A stretch of DNA of 64,000 bases, taken from contig NC_058373.1 of NCBI RefSeq assembly GCF_018350175.1, positions 113,586,001-113,650,000 of the forward strand. The letters run 5' to 3'. The position numbers were made by a program, and so were the translations under genes. Shown one piece after another: positions 12,591 to 25,070 of the stretch. The first letter of the stretch is position 1, and every line of letters begins with the position of its first letter. Origin of the DNA: Felis catus. Its lineage: Eukaryota. The notes below the pieces were generated by a model that worked only from the letters and a program-made list of their open reading frames with translations, was not told the origin of the DNA and did no database searches.

Positions 12591-13386
12591 ACAATGGAAC
12601 ACTACTTCTTAAAATGCAGTAGTGAAAACCATTCTGCTTCGTTGCTTTTTGTTATACTAAAAGCTGTTCAATACTCAGAATGATTTCTTCCAAGCCTTTT
12701 TCAATGGAAAGTCTCACACTTTGCTTTATGCTTTTTTGATTGCTGTGTGGAAGTGTAACTGTGGAGGTACCTCTATGTTAGTGGTATCAGTATCTTAAGT
12801 AAGAGAAATACTTGTAGACTTACAAGTATTTGATTGCTTTTTCAGCTTTGATTGCTTTTTTACCTACGTATAAATCATACGTGTATATTAAGAGTATCAT
12901 TAATGCCTTTTATCTGCCAGTGAATATGCTAAAGACGTGTTGGGTTTCTGTATTCTCAAGCTGGAATTGGCAAACTTGTAGCATTAGTCCTGGGATAAGT
13001 ATGCTGTTTTAGGAAAATAATTCCTAAGTAATTGTATTTTGGACCTCTCTTGGGGAACATCTGAAGTTCAGACAACCTCCTAAGATTCTGCTTTGAGATA
13101 TTTCATGAAAACTCAATGCATGCTGTGACTAGACAGGAGACATTTTAGTTTCATGGCCAGATGTGTCCAGTAAAACTGGCTGTTCACGAGTTTAATTTAA
13201 AGTTCCTAGGAACTTACAACTTGAGGTAGTTTTTATAAGCATCATGACTCAAAGGACCTTTAGTGTATATGTTTAAGGGAGGAACAGCTCTGGCCTGAAC
13301 TGGAATAAAGCAATGCTTGTAGTGATGAGGACCAAAGTGCAGTATTTTAAAGAAATGCTGAAAATGTTGTAATGTGAAAAGTTTTT

Positions 13387-13651
13387 AAATTTTTTTTATT
13401 AAAAAATTTTTTAATTAAAAATGCTTTTTTAATTAAAATTTTTTTTCTAATCTTTATTAATTTTTGAGAGAGAGAGAGACAACGCGTGAACAGGGGAGGA
13501 GTAGAGAGAGAGGGAGACACAGAATCTGAAGCAGGCTCCAGGCTCTGAGCTGTCAGCACAGAGCCTGACACGGGGCTTGAACTCATGAACTGTGATATCG
13601 TGACCTGAGCCGAAGTCAGACAGTCAATTGACTGAGCCACCCAGGCGCCCC
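13387..13651 (-). mobile_element. CanSINE (Fc2-like), probably inserted in the tail of the next SINE
   Basis: Full body. Shares the outer TSD tgaaaagttttt (13375-13386 / 13863-13874) with its neighbour. Confidence 0.93.
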
Positions 13652-13862
13652 TAAAAAAATTTTTTTTTTTTAATTTTGAGAGAGAAAGAGTGCAAGTGGG
13701 GGAGGGGCAGACAGAAAGGGAGACACAGAATCTGAAGCAGGCTCCAGGCTCTGAGCTGTCAGCACAGAGCCTGATGCAGACCTCAAACTCATGAACAATG
13801 AGATCATGACCTGACCTGAACTGAAGTTGGCCGATTAACCGACTGAGCCACCCAGGTGTCCC
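13652..13862 (-). mobile_element. CanSINE (Fc2-like)
   Basis: Full body directly following the previous SINE. Confidence 0.93.
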
Positions 13863-14099
13863 TGAAAAGTTTTTTTAATGCTCTTACCTTAAATTTACTA
13901 AAATTGGTTTCATTTGTAGACTATTATTGAATGAACCTCTTTTTGTTTGTTTGTTTGTTTTTGTTTGGTTGTCCAGGAGCATGAGCTTGGCCTGCCCCAC
14001 AGCTTTGGACATGACAGTTCTCTGTCCAACAATAGACCTCTCCTTTTACCTTTTTTTCCAGTCTCTGCAACCAAGCTTTGAAAAGTAAACATCTTGTAG

Positions 14100-14265
14100 A
14101 AACAGTGTGATGCAGTAGAAAGTACCTAGAACTTCAAGTCAGAAAATGTGAGTTTAAGAACCAAATGCATTTCAACTAGCTTTGTGATTGTAGATCCGTC
14201 AATTTTCCTTTCTGAGCCTTAGTATCCTTATTTGTAGAAAGGGGATAAAAGCTCTTGCTTCATAA
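14100..14265 (+). mobile_element. MIR
   Basis: cagtgtgatgcagtagaaag...tctgagccttagtatccttatttgtagaaaggggataa. Confidence 0.75.
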
Positions 14266-14845
14266 GGCTTAATATTATTATTACTAATAATTTTAGTAAA
14301 TAAATAATAATATATATTGCTAGATTACTAACCTTTATAGAGGTTTTTACAGTTTACAAAGCACTTTTGTATGTAATAATTATATAGGACTATCTATATC
14401 TATATCTATGAAAGGACTTTGTAAATTCTGAAGTACTATGTGAATATTAGTTGATATTTTTATAACCACCTGAACATGAATTAGTGACTCTTACCAGCTT
14501 CAGTTTTTTGAATGATGAATCAGGGTTTTCAAAATTCAGATAATGCATTTAACTTCTGATAAGCTAAAATAGAAATTTTGGAATGTCTTCTGACTAATGT
14601 TAAGATTTATTTTATAATTGCAATAACGTCTGGTTTCTATATTTTTATTCTTATTACTGAAAGAAATAGAGGCAGTGACTCAGTAAAAATCATGAGTGAT
14701 CTGGAGTACTTAGGAATTAGTACATTTTGGGATTTATAGTGAGGTTCCTGCTCTACTACGAGTAAGTTATCATTTAGTCTTAAATTGATGTGACTATTTA
14801 AAAATAAATATTTAACATTTTATGTTTACAAAGTACCCTGCAATT

Positions 14846-15060
14846 TTTTAAATTACATTTTTTTAACATTTATTTATTTTTGAGACTGAGAGAGCATGAG
14901 TGGGGAAGGGAGAGAGAGAGAGGGAGACACAGAATCTGAAGTAGGCTCCAGGCCACGAGCTGTCAGCACAGAGCCTGATGTGGAGCTTGAACCTACAAAA
15001 GTGAGATCATGACCTGAGCCAAAGTTGGACTCGCAACTGACTGAGCCACCCAGGAGCCCC
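14846..15060 (-). mobile_element. CanSINE
   Basis: Typical body. 18-bp TSD acaaagtac(c/t)ctgcaatt. Confidence 0.95.
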
Positions 15061-15558
15061 ACAAAGTACTCTGCAATTGTTAATTAGCCTGCGCCAATGT
15101 TTATCTCTACATAAAGGTTTGGAGCAGTGCCTATATTGGCCAGCTCTGGGCAGGATTTCCAGACACCATTGTGCTGACTCATTCTAACTCTGGGGTCAGT
15201 TGGTATTTGTCTGTATACCAAAAGGGATCTTCAAAGCTTATTCATTTTTTCAGTTGCTCCAGCATTTTTCCAGAGAAACTATTCTGAAAACAAAACTATA
15301 GAAAAAAGTTATAAAACCTTTCCTGTGCATTTTGAAATAAATGCACAGAACCTCACAGTTTCTAGGATCTAGAATTCTTTCTATAGTGTAACCTAAATAT
15401 TTCCCTTCAGAAGTTAAATAGCTAATATTTTTAGAGTAACCACCATTTAAAGGATTTTATAATGAAATAGTCTTTGCTATTATTGGTTATAAGACATATA
15501 GTTAAGGAAAGATCAGCATGATATAAGGTAGGAGATAATAAATTTTAAGTGAGTGGTT

Positions 15559-16515
15559 GTGGTAGGTACTGTTAGTTGCCTACCCAATACTCATTTCTAT
15601 CTTTCCCTTGTGAATAGAACCCTGGTTGTGTTTCACTGGCAGTGTGCCCAACTTAGCTAAAAGTTCATGGAAATCAGGTTCTCTGATTTCCTGGGTTCTT
15701 TGGCAGTAGAGGGTAGGCATGTGACCCAGTTCTGGTCAATGATATCTGTTTTAGTTCTTTATTGCTACTTAATAAATTATTCCAAAGTAGTGACTTAAAA
15801 CAGTGATTATCATTTATTGTTTCTCATATGGGTTAGGAATTCAGATAAGGCTAATCGAAACAGCTTGTTTCTACTCCATGATGTCTGAGGCCTCAGTTAG
15901 AAGACTCAAAGACTAGGGGCTGGAATCCTTTGAAGTCTTGTTCATGCTGCTTGGCAGTTAATGCTTGTGTCTGCTAGGGGCCCAGCTGGAACAGTCATAC
16001 GTGGTCTCAACATGTTCTCTGGGTTCTGAGAGCTTCTTGAGGGAGAGAGCCCCAGATGGAAGCTGCATTCTTTTTATGACCCTGCCTCAGAAGTCACATA
16101 GCATCACTTCTGCTGTACTCTGTTAGTTGACACTGTCACAAGTCCCCTCCCAGATTCAGAGGGAGAGGACATGACCTCTCACTTAGAGATGTCTGTCACA
16201 CCATAAAAAGAACATGTGGGATGGGATATGTTGGCGTGGCCTCTTTGGAAAATACAGTTTGCCACAACATTTAAGGGAAGGCTTATTAGTGGGGAGAGGG
16301 AAGCTTCCAAGAAAGCTTTTACTTTCCAGATAAAAGGGAAATGATGTTCTGGCATGGTCCTTCATTGCTTATCCCTTTTTGCCTTGAAGGAGCAGCAACT
16401 ATCTTGTGCCCATGATGTAATAAACTAATGTGTGCTAAGGATGTTGATATCACTGGATGTCAGCTCTGGACTCTGCTTCCAGATTTTTACTTCTGTGAGG
16501 CAAATAAATACCTAT
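15559..16515. mobile_element. Nested MaLR LTRs: a plus-strand MLT1J/K-like LTR interrupted by an inverted MLT1-type LTR (~15746-16266)
   Basis: Outer: tgtggtag...catgtgacccagttctggtcaat. Inner: gtgacttaaaaca...cctcagaagtcacatagcatcacttctgc...ggaaaatacagtttgccaca. Confidence 0.65.
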
Positions 16516-16589
16516 TAGGTTGAAGGAGAAGTAATAACCAGAATAAGCAGATTCCTGGAGGCCAGAGAGAGATTTCTTTTTCATTTTGT

Positions 16590-16955
16590 TGGAAGTTAGA
16601 TCCCTAGAACTTATTCATCTTATAATTGAAGACTTGTGCTCTTGACCAACATTTCCCCATTTCCTCCACTCCGGCTTCTGCTAACCATCATTCTACTTTC
16701 AATTTTTATGAATCCAGCCTTTTTTTTTTTTTTTTTAAGATTCCGCATATAAGTGAGATCATATAGTATCTGTCTTTCTCTATTTAACTTATTTCACTTA
16801 ACATAATGTCCTTTAGGCTCTTCCACATTGTCACAGATGACAGACTATTCTGGTATGTGTGCGCATGCACACATCTTCTTTTATCCACATCTTCTTTATC
16901 CGTGCATCAGTTGACAGAGCCTTAGATTGTTTCTGTAGCTTGGCTATTTTGAGTA
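16590..16955 (-). mobile_element. L1MA9-like 3' fragment
   Basis: agatccctagaacttattcatcttataa...ttccgcatataagtgagatcat...ttatttcacttaacataatg. Confidence 0.8.
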
Positions 16956-17914
16956 ATAATACTGTTTAATTTGTTACATTTCACTAGATTTATATAGTGC
17001 TAGGTTTATGCAGTGACTTGGATTAGGTACCAATTAGAATTCAAGTTGAAAAGCATAGACCTATATCTGAAGATGGTCTTGTATAATGATTTATATTGGG
17101 TATCATAGATCTGATTTTGAAACAATAGTTCTTCCTTTGCAATGTTAGTGCTAAATGAAAGATGAGATCCCTATGAAATAGTGAGCCCAATCTGTAAAAT
17201 GATCAAATTTCTCAAGTATTAATAGTTTTTAAAAATGTCTCATCTGTTAGTGAATTATGACTGAGATGTTTGCCAGGCGTTTCCTAGGAACAACTGTTGT
17301 GCAAGTTTTGAGCCCAGATAGTTGACTCCAGCTTTTACTTTCTGTTTACTAGCAAAGAGTACCTCTTACAGAGAACATTACATTTCCTGAGTCCAGGAGT
17401 TCTGTGACGTAGAGCAACATTAGAGCAGGCAGTCCACATTTTTGGTATTGCTTTTTATATTTATGTGACACTGATTTTTGTTTAAACTGAATAGTAAATG
17501 TTTGGCATTTGTGACATGTGAGTACATCTTTCATAGACATTTTTCTTCACAAGTTGTTGCTCTGTATTAGTAGAGGGAAGGTTTTTTTGTTTTTGTTTTT
17601 TAACAGTTTTGTTCAGGTATAATTTACGTACCATGAAATTGACCTGGGACAAGTTTTGCTTTCTTGGAAACATTGATAGATTCAAGACCAAAGGCCATAT
17701 TTCTTTAACCATTTATTTATTCATTTGTATATCCCACAATATGAATTTGTTTCTTACTTTACTATTAGGTTACTACTATATATCCTGTTGCTATGCTTAT
17801 TCTTATTATGCTATAATTTTATATATTCTGAAATAATAAACTTCTTTGTCATTTTATTTTGATAAAGTATTTTGAAATTATTTTTTATCGTTTTACTCTA
17901 GTATGAATTCTAGT

Positions 17915-18428
17915 AGATGAAGGAGCTTAGAAAGCCATTTTACAGAATGCAGTCAAGATTTTAAAGATGTGCCAATATAACAGGATTCCAAAAAGCAGGA
18001 AAAGTTGATGCAGTGGATTCAGAATCAAATGATAGCATTGGTGGAGTGAGGGAGGAAAATATTCAACCTTAGGATGAAGCTGACAATTTGGGTGATAGAG
18101 CAGAGAGATAGAAAAGCCTTGGGGCCCTGATAACATCTTTGAACAGTCTTACCCCTGGGTTTCCAGATATGTTAGTCGATGTATTTCCTTATGGTTTAAG
18201 TCTTTGGTAGTGAAGTTGTGGTCTATGGACTGGTAGTGTGAGCATCACCTGTGAGCTTCTTGGGAAGGAAGAATTTCAGTCCCTACTCTAGTACTACTGA
18301 ATCGCCATCTCCATTTTAATAGGATGTCTAGATGATTGATATGTGTACAGAAGCTGGAGAAGTGTTATTTTAAGCCACTTTGAATTGGATTTTTATTAAC
18401 TTGTAACTGAAAGCATCCTGATAAGACA
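17915..18428 (+). mobile_element. MLT1J-like LTR 3' part, interrupted by MER5
   Basis: gcagagagatagaaaagccttggggccctgataacat...tttaagccacttt...cttgtaactgaaagcatcctgataagaca. Confidence 0.7.
18203..18368. mobile_element. MER5A-like hAT MITE
   Basis: gcatcacctgtgagctt...actactgaatc...cattttaatagg. 8-bp TSD tttaagtc / tttaagcc. Confidence 0.75.
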
Positions 18429-19269
18429 CTCCAGATTTTTTTCTCTAGAGTTACAACCTTCTTCATGCATGCCATATAGAAATAAGGGGGTAGGATGCAC
18501 ATCATTTCTGATTGTAATAGAAACAACATTTATTGGATCATGATAGAGTTTTAAAAATTCTCATCACACTTTGATATATTTTTGGAGAGTTTTTTATAGT
18601 TATTTTTAGTTGAAACCTAAAGCTATAGCCCTAACTGCTTGTGGTCAAAAAGACCCTAATGTTATTTTTGGCAAGTCAGGAGGTGTAAGCTTAGCCAGGC
18701 TGGCTGAAAGCCAGCTGTGAGAGTTGCATTTTACCTCCCTTAGGATTACCCCTTCCCATTCTCTCCTCAGCTCTGTTTCTATTTCATCTAAATGGAGTTT
18801 TGTACTGACCTTCTATTCTGTTCTATGAAATGACTCTTGCAAACTGCTGTCTTTTAGACCAGATGTGTGTTTCAGTTACATAAATAGGGAAAAGAATTTC
18901 ATTCCTCTGCCATAAATTATAAATTATCTGTATATATGAGGTTTAAGGATAGCAGGAGTAAGTTAAATCCACTAGCAATCTAGGAATTTTATTTTGAGAT
19001 TTTTTCTTCTACTTTTTATGCAGCATGAGATGTGGCATTCCAAAAAAACAAAACCTGTTATACACTTGTACTTCTTGTTGCCCATTTTTCTAAAGGATAA
19101 GTTGGATGATTCAGTTCACAAATTGTGGTATCGTTTCTATAATTAATTGTGAATGACCTGTTAATGTGTTTGCTTTACAGTGAGAATTACTGAAGGTCTG
19201 TATTCACTCAAAAAAGTCTTAGCTGTAAAAGGAGTACTTTTAAGGGAAATGCAACTATGCTGATTGATT

Positions 19270-19460
19270 TTATTATTGTTACTTATGGAGTTTTACTGTG
19301 TGCTAGGCATTATGCTAATTCCTATGAAAATTTATCTCTGATCCTTACAGTTACCCTAAAAAGTAGATCATTTATCCCTATTTTAGACATGATAAAACTG
19401 AGTCTAGAGAGATTAAGTAACACTTCCAAGATCATACTGTTTGAGCCCAGGACTGGCACT
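19270..19460 (-). mobile_element. MIR
   Basis: tactgtgtgctaggc...tatccctattttagac...aaactgagtctagagagattaagtaac. Confidence 0.75.
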
Positions 19461-21100
19461 CCCAGGCACACTCAGGCACTCGGGGAGTTTAATTTCTACT
19501 GAGTGGGAGATTGACATATAAACAGCTCTCTGTAATATAATGCAGGATGAAGTAAAATTTTAAGTGAAGTAAGTTTAAAAATGGAGATAAAAACAACATT
19601 TAGTGAAAGCATAGAGTAAGAGGGGATTAATTCTGTTGAGGAAGATTTAGGAACAAATAATACATCTTCCTTCCTATTTCTCTAGTTCCTTATAGTCTCC
19701 TCAGGACTTCTTTCATTCTCTTAATGGTATCGCCATTTTTTTCAGTAATCAAGACTCAAAGCTTTTGGTGTTTTAAATTTTCTTCATATTCTCACACTTC
19801 ATTCATCTGTAAAGACTTTTAGTTTTTGCTAACTATCTCCTGCTGTTTATTCCCACTGCTATAAGCCTAGTTTTATCTATCATATACCATCTAGGTCAAG
19901 AGTTATCAACCTTTGGTGCACCTAAGATAACTGTAATGGTGCTTTGTCAACATATGAAGATATTTAATTCATTAGTTTGGGGTCATAGGTGATTCTGATG
20001 CACATCAAAGTTGAAGAACACTTATCTATGGCAGTTGTCCTCAAAATTTGATCTGGAGACTCCTGGGGAGGTAGTCTCTGGGGCTCTTCAGGAGTGTGCA
20101 AAGTCATTGTTTTCATATTTATACTAAATTGTTATTTGCCTTTTTCACTGTGTAGACATTTGCACTGATGGTGAAAAAACAGTGATGGGTACACTTGTAG
20201 TTGTCTTAGCACAAATTAAGGCCATGGTACAAACTGTATTAGGAATCCATGCATTCTTCACTGCCACATGCTTGTGAAAAAAAGTCTAGTTTTACTTAAG
20301 AATGAGTCTTAATTTCATTAGGTCTTGCCCCTTAAGTACATGTTTTATTATTACTCTTTTGACAATGTGGTAAATACTCATAAGGCACTCCTGCATTCTG
20401 AAGTTTTATGGTTGTCTCAATGAATAACACTTTTGCAGCTGTTTGAGTTGGGGGCTGAGCTAGCTGTTCCCCCTCCCCCTCATGGGACACCATTTTTACT
20501 AGGGAAAAAAAAATGACTGGTAGACAAACTATGTAGTTGTTCAGAATTTGGTATTTGGTAGAAATTTTCCCCAAAATGAACAAACAGAATTTTGTCATTA
20601 GCAATGACAAAAATTTCAAGCAAAAACAAAAATGTGGAAAACCTCCCAATATTAATGACTTTTCTGATGAGATTGATCGTATTTGAAATGTGTTAACATT
20701 GGGAAGATCTACAGAATGAACATATTTCACATGACCAATGCATGGTATTATAGAATCATGCCTGGGTAAATATCCACTCAAAATGCAAAGTAAAGAAATG
20801 GATTTTAATGTAACAGCACAAAAAGATCATTGATACAGTTTCAGAGTTCATGTTGTAGGAGATCTTTAAAAAAATGACCACTTGTTGAGTATTGGTGTAC
20901 TGTCAAGGAATAACGTCTATTGTTATCTGAAAAAGTCATTGAAACACTTCATTTTTTTTTAAACTACATATCTGTGTGAGGCCAGATTATCTTCAGATAC
21001 TTCAACCAAAACTCTACATTGCAATAGATTGTAGAAGTAGATATGAGAATCTAGCCGTCTTCTATTGTGATTTGCAAACACATAAAGCAGTGCCGCTCTT

Positions 21101-21328
21101 GGGGTGACTGGGTGGCTCAGTCAGATCAACATCTGACTCTTGATTTTGGCTCAGGTCATGATCTCATGGTTTGCGAGATCGAACTCTGCACTGGGCTCTG
21201 CACTGAGAGCATGGATGGAGCCTGCTTGGGATTCTGTCTCCGTCTCTCTCTGTCCCTCCCCTGCTTGTATGCTCATGTACCTTTCTCTCAAAATGAGTAA
21301 ATAAACTTAAAAAACAAACAAACAAACC
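21101..21328 (+). mobile_element. CanSINE
   Basis: ggggtgactgggtggctcagtc... with CT tract and A-tail. Confidence 0.92.
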
Positions 21329-21529
21329 ATTGACACTCTTTTCATGAGGTTTTTTTTGGGGGGGGGAAGTAGTTATTTTTCATAAAAGCATGTTGTTTAA
21401 GTCAACATGCAGTGAGTTTATTATTGTTATTTTGAAATAAATGAATAGATAAGTGCTTAAGTGCTTAGTTTTAATTTATAATATGGTAAATATGGATGAA
21501 TGTCACCCACATTTAAGAAAGCTCTTTGG

Positions 21530-21750
21530 GGGGCGCCTGGGTGGCACAGTCGGTTAAGCGTCCGACTTCAGCCAGGTCACGATCTCGCGGTCTGTGAGTT
21601 CGAGCCCCGCGTCGGGCTCTGGGCTGATGGCTCAGAGCCTAGAGCCTGTTTCCGATTCTGTGTCTCCCTCTCTCTCTGCCCCTCCCCCGTTCATGCTCTG
21701 TCTCTCTCTCTCCCAAAAAAATAAATAAATGTTGAAAAAAAATTAAAAAA
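21530..21750 (+). mobile_element. Young SINEC_Fc-type CanSINE
   Basis: CpG-rich body (gacttcagccaggtcacgatctcgcgg). TSD aag(a/g)aagctctttgg. Confidence 0.96.
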
Positions 21751-21800
21751 AAGGAAGCTCTTTGGGAACCTCAGTACTTTTTTAAGACTGTGAAGAGGTC

Positions 21801-21906
21801 TGTAGTGGGTTGAGTGTTCCCCAAAAAGATATGTTCAAGTCCTAATCCCTGGTCTCTGGGCTTGTGCCCTTATTTGGAGATAGGGTCTTGGCTGATGTAG
21901 TCAAGT
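21801..21906 (+). mobile_element. MLT1B/C-like LTR 5' fragment
   Basis: tgtagtgggttga...ccccaaaagatatgttcaagtcctaatcc...cttatttggagatagggtctt. Confidence 0.75.
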
Positions 21907-22057
21907 TTGAGAATCTCTAACCTAAGCAACTATAATTAGCTACCCATTTCTCTTTTTTTCCACACTTTGTCCTGTCAGTACCTGCTCACTGCTGCCAGAT
22001 TATTTATCCTAAAACAATTATTATGCTGCTTTTATTAATAAAATGTCAGTGGTTCAT

Positions 22058-22263
22058 GGGGCACCTGTGTGGCTCAGTCGGTTAAGCGTCCACTCTTGAT
22101 TTCTGCTCAGGTCATAATCTCACTGTTCGTGGGTTTGAGCCTGGCGTCGGGCTCTGTGCTAGCAGTGCAGATCCTGCTTGGGATTCTCTCTCTCTCCCTC
22201 TCTCTCTGTTCCTTCCCTGCTTATGCTCTCTCTCTCAAAGTAAACAAAATAATAATAATAAAG
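22058..22263 (+). mobile_element. CanSINE
   Basis: Typical body. TSD aaaatgtcagtggttc. Confidence 0.95.
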
Positions 22264-22510
22264 AAAATGTCAGTGGTTCTTTATTAGGTAGCAAAGTTTA
22301 AGCTGTTTGTATTCAAAGCCATATAAACTATCTCTAATATACTTTTCTAACCATGTGTTGTACATTTCTCTAAGATATACCTTTTGGATTATTTGAGTGT
22401 GCATTCGTTCATTTATTCATTCAACAGACAAAAATACCTGTCTTCACTGAGTTTTTATTCTAATACTGTGTTGTCTGATATGGTAGCCATTAGCCATAGG
22501 TAGCTATTCA

Positions 22511-22512
22511 TT

Positions 22513-22560
<48 letters not shown>

Positions 22561-22639
22561 AAATATAATTTATTGTCAAATTGGTTTCCATACAACACCT
22601 AGTGCTCATCCCAACAAGTGCCGTCCTCAATGCCGATCT
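22511..22639 (-). mobile_element. Very short L1 3' end with (TAAA)n tail
   Basis: tttattgtcaaattggtttccatacaacacctagtgctcatcccaacaagtg. TSD gtagctattca at 22500-22510 and 22640-22650. Confidence 0.92.
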
Positions 22640-22669
22640 GTAGCTATTCACTTTAAATTAAATGAACTT

Positions 22670-24133
22670 TTTTTTTTAGTGTCAATACAGTCAGATTCAT
22701 TTTTATTTATTTATTTTTTCAGTATATGAAATTTATTGTCAAATTGGTTTCCATACAACACCCAGTGCTCATCCCAAAAGGTGCCCTCCTCAATACCCAT
22801 CACCACCCTCCCCTCCCTCTCACCCCCCATTAACCCTCAGTTTGTTCTCAGTTTTTAAGAGTCTCTTATGCTTTGGCTCTCTTCCACTCTAACCTCTTTT
22901 TTTTTTTTTTTCCTTCCCTCCCACATGGGTTTCTGTTAAGTTTCTCAGGATCCACATAAGAGTGAAAACATATGGTATCTGTCTTTCTCTGTATGGCTTA
23001 TTTCACTTAGCATAACACTCTCCAGCTCCATCCACATTGCTACAAAGGGCCATATTTCATTCTTTCTCATTGCCATGTATATTTCATTCTTTCTCATTGC
23101 CATGTAGTACTCCATTGTGTATATAAACCACAATTTCTTTATCCATTCATCAGTTGATGGACATTTAGGCTCTTTCCATAATTTGGCTATTGTTGAGAGT
23201 GCTGCTATAAACATTGGGGTACAGGTGCCCCTATGCATCAGTACTCCTGTATCCCTTGGGTAAATTCCTAGCAATGCTATTGCTGGGTCATAGGGTAGGT
23301 CTATTTTTAATTTTTTGAGGACCTCCACACTGTTTTCTAGAGTGGCTGCACCAATTTGCGTTCCCACCAACAGTGCAAGAGGGTTCCCGTTTCTCTACAT
23401 CCTCTCCAGCATCTCTAGTCTCCTGATTTGTTCATTTTGGCCACTCTGACTGGCGTGAGGTGATATCTGAGTGTGGTTTTGATTTGTATTTCCCTGATGA
23501 GGAGTGACATTGAGCATCTTTTCACGTGCCTGTTGGCCATCCGGATGTCTTCTTTAGAGAAGTGTCTATTCATGTTTTCTGCCCATTTCTTCATTGGGTT
23601 ATTTGTTTTTCGGGTGTGGAGTTTGGTGAGCTCTTTATAGATTTTGGATACTAGCCCTTTGTCTGATATGTCATATTTGCAAATATCTTTTCCCATTCCG
23701 TTGGTTGCCTTTTAGTTTTGTTGGTTGTTTCCTTTGCTGTGCAGAAGCTTTTTATCTTCATAAGGTCCCAGTAGTTGATTTTTGCTTTTAATTCCCTTGC
23801 CTTTGGGGATGTGTCCAGTAAGAAATTGCTATGGCTGAGGTCAGAGAGGTCTTTTCCTGCTTTCTCCTCTAGGGTTTTGATGGTTTCCTGTCTCACATTC
23901 AGGTCCTTTATCCATTTTGAGTTTATTTTTGTGAATGGTGTGAGAAAGTGGTCTAGTTTCAATCTTCTGCATGTTGCTGTCCAGTTCTCCCAGCACCATT
24001 TGTTAAAGAGACTGTCTTTTTTCCATTGGATATTCTTTCCTGCTTTGTCAAAGATTAGTTGGCCATACGCTTGTGGGTCTAGTTCTGGGGTTTCTATTCT
24101 ATTCCATTGGTCTATGTGTCTGTTTTTGTGCCA
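22670..24133 (-). mobile_element. 5'-truncated L1_Fc-like element (~1.45 kb) with disabled ORF2 C-terminal region and 3' transduction
   Basis: ORFs 23651-23962, 23415-23696 and 22945-23370 are consecutive L1 ORF2 pieces, broken by a frameshift near 23673 and a stop at 23415. TSD aaattaaatg(a/g)actt at 22655-22669 and 24134-24148. Confidence 0.97.
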
Positions 24134-24845
24134 AAATTAAATGGACTTAAATAAAACTAAACATTAGGTTCTTTAGTCTCAGTGGCTATGTTTAAGTGTT
24201 TAATAGGCACATGTGAAAGTGGCTGCTGTATAGGATGGCACAGATACAGAAAATGTCCATATTGTAGAAAGTTCTTTTAGATCCCACTTTTTTTTTTTTT
24301 TTTTTAATAAATAGTCCACTCTCTTCACCTTCTATCCAAATCATTTTGCATTTTCCTCCCTCTTCAGTACTCCTGAAGTGTCCCTCCCTGTACTGGGTCT
24401 CCTCACCATACTGCCCTTCTTTCCTTCATTTCCCTGGCTCACTTTCCTTCTTATTATTTATGAAAATCAACCTTTGGTTGACTCAGATACTACTTCTGTT
24501 AGGATTACTTTAGATGGATATAATCCCTTATTTTGATTTCTTTAACACTGATTTTATTCTGTGATATGTTTGTCCTGACCTGTATTTGTCATGTGGCATG
24601 TAGAATGGACAGTTATGGTAATTATGGTATCTTTCCTGTTAAGCTTATTGAAGGTAGGATCTTTGTCTAATAATCTGGGACATAGTAACCATCATAATAT
24701 AAATAGAAGGAAAGGAGAAAAAACCAAACGGGGACAGATGAAGCTAATGTTCATTGAATGTATTAATTTTAACATACATATTACAAAATCCTCCTGTGCA
24801 CTTCTATATAGATTTTTTTTTGCTCTCTTTTTTCAGAACCCTTTT

Positions 24846-25070
24846 ATTTCTATTTTTAAAAAATGTTTATTTATTTTGAGAAAGAGAGAGAGAGGGTGAG
24901 AAAGGCAGAGAGAGGGGGGCAGAGGGAGAGGGAGAGAGAGAATCCCAAGCAGGCTCCATGCTGTCAGTGCAGAGCCTAACACAGAGCTCAATTCCTTGAA
25001 TAGTGAGATTGTGACTTGAGCCAAAACTGAGAGTCAGACACTTAACGGAGTGAGCCACCCAGGCGCCCCC
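24846..25070 (-). mobile_element. CanSINE
   Basis: Typical body. TSD cagaacc(c/t)tttt. Confidence 0.93.

Larger units (their letters stand above)
20031..21800. mobile_element. Charlie1a-like hAT DNA transposon deletion derivative, interrupted by two SINEs
   Basis: ttatttgcctttttcactgtgtagacatttgcactgatggtg..., catctgtgtgaggccagatt...ttcaaccaaaac and aaagctctttggg resemble the Charlie1 consensus. Confidence 0.75.
22466..24281 (-). mobile_element. MER3 hAT MITE split by two L1 insertions
   Basis: Left piece ctgtgttgtctgatatggtagccattagcca. Right piece (from 24134) ...aataggcacatgtg...cacagatacagaaaatgtccatattgtagaaagttct. Together they rebuild MER3. Confidence 0.8.

Noticed and set aside
13320..13362. 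C box (gtgatga) and D box (ctga) suggesting a snoRNA
   Set aside because: Only ~40 nt apart with no convincing terminal stem.
15323..15348. Short hairpins/palindromes (10-bp stem here; also 50571-50589 and 52558-52571)
   Set aside because: Short enough to be expected by chance in 64 kb of AT-rich DNA.
22945..23962. Three long ORFs that look like a gene
   Set aside because: They are fragments of L1 ORF2 in a 5'-truncated copy with a frameshift and a stop.
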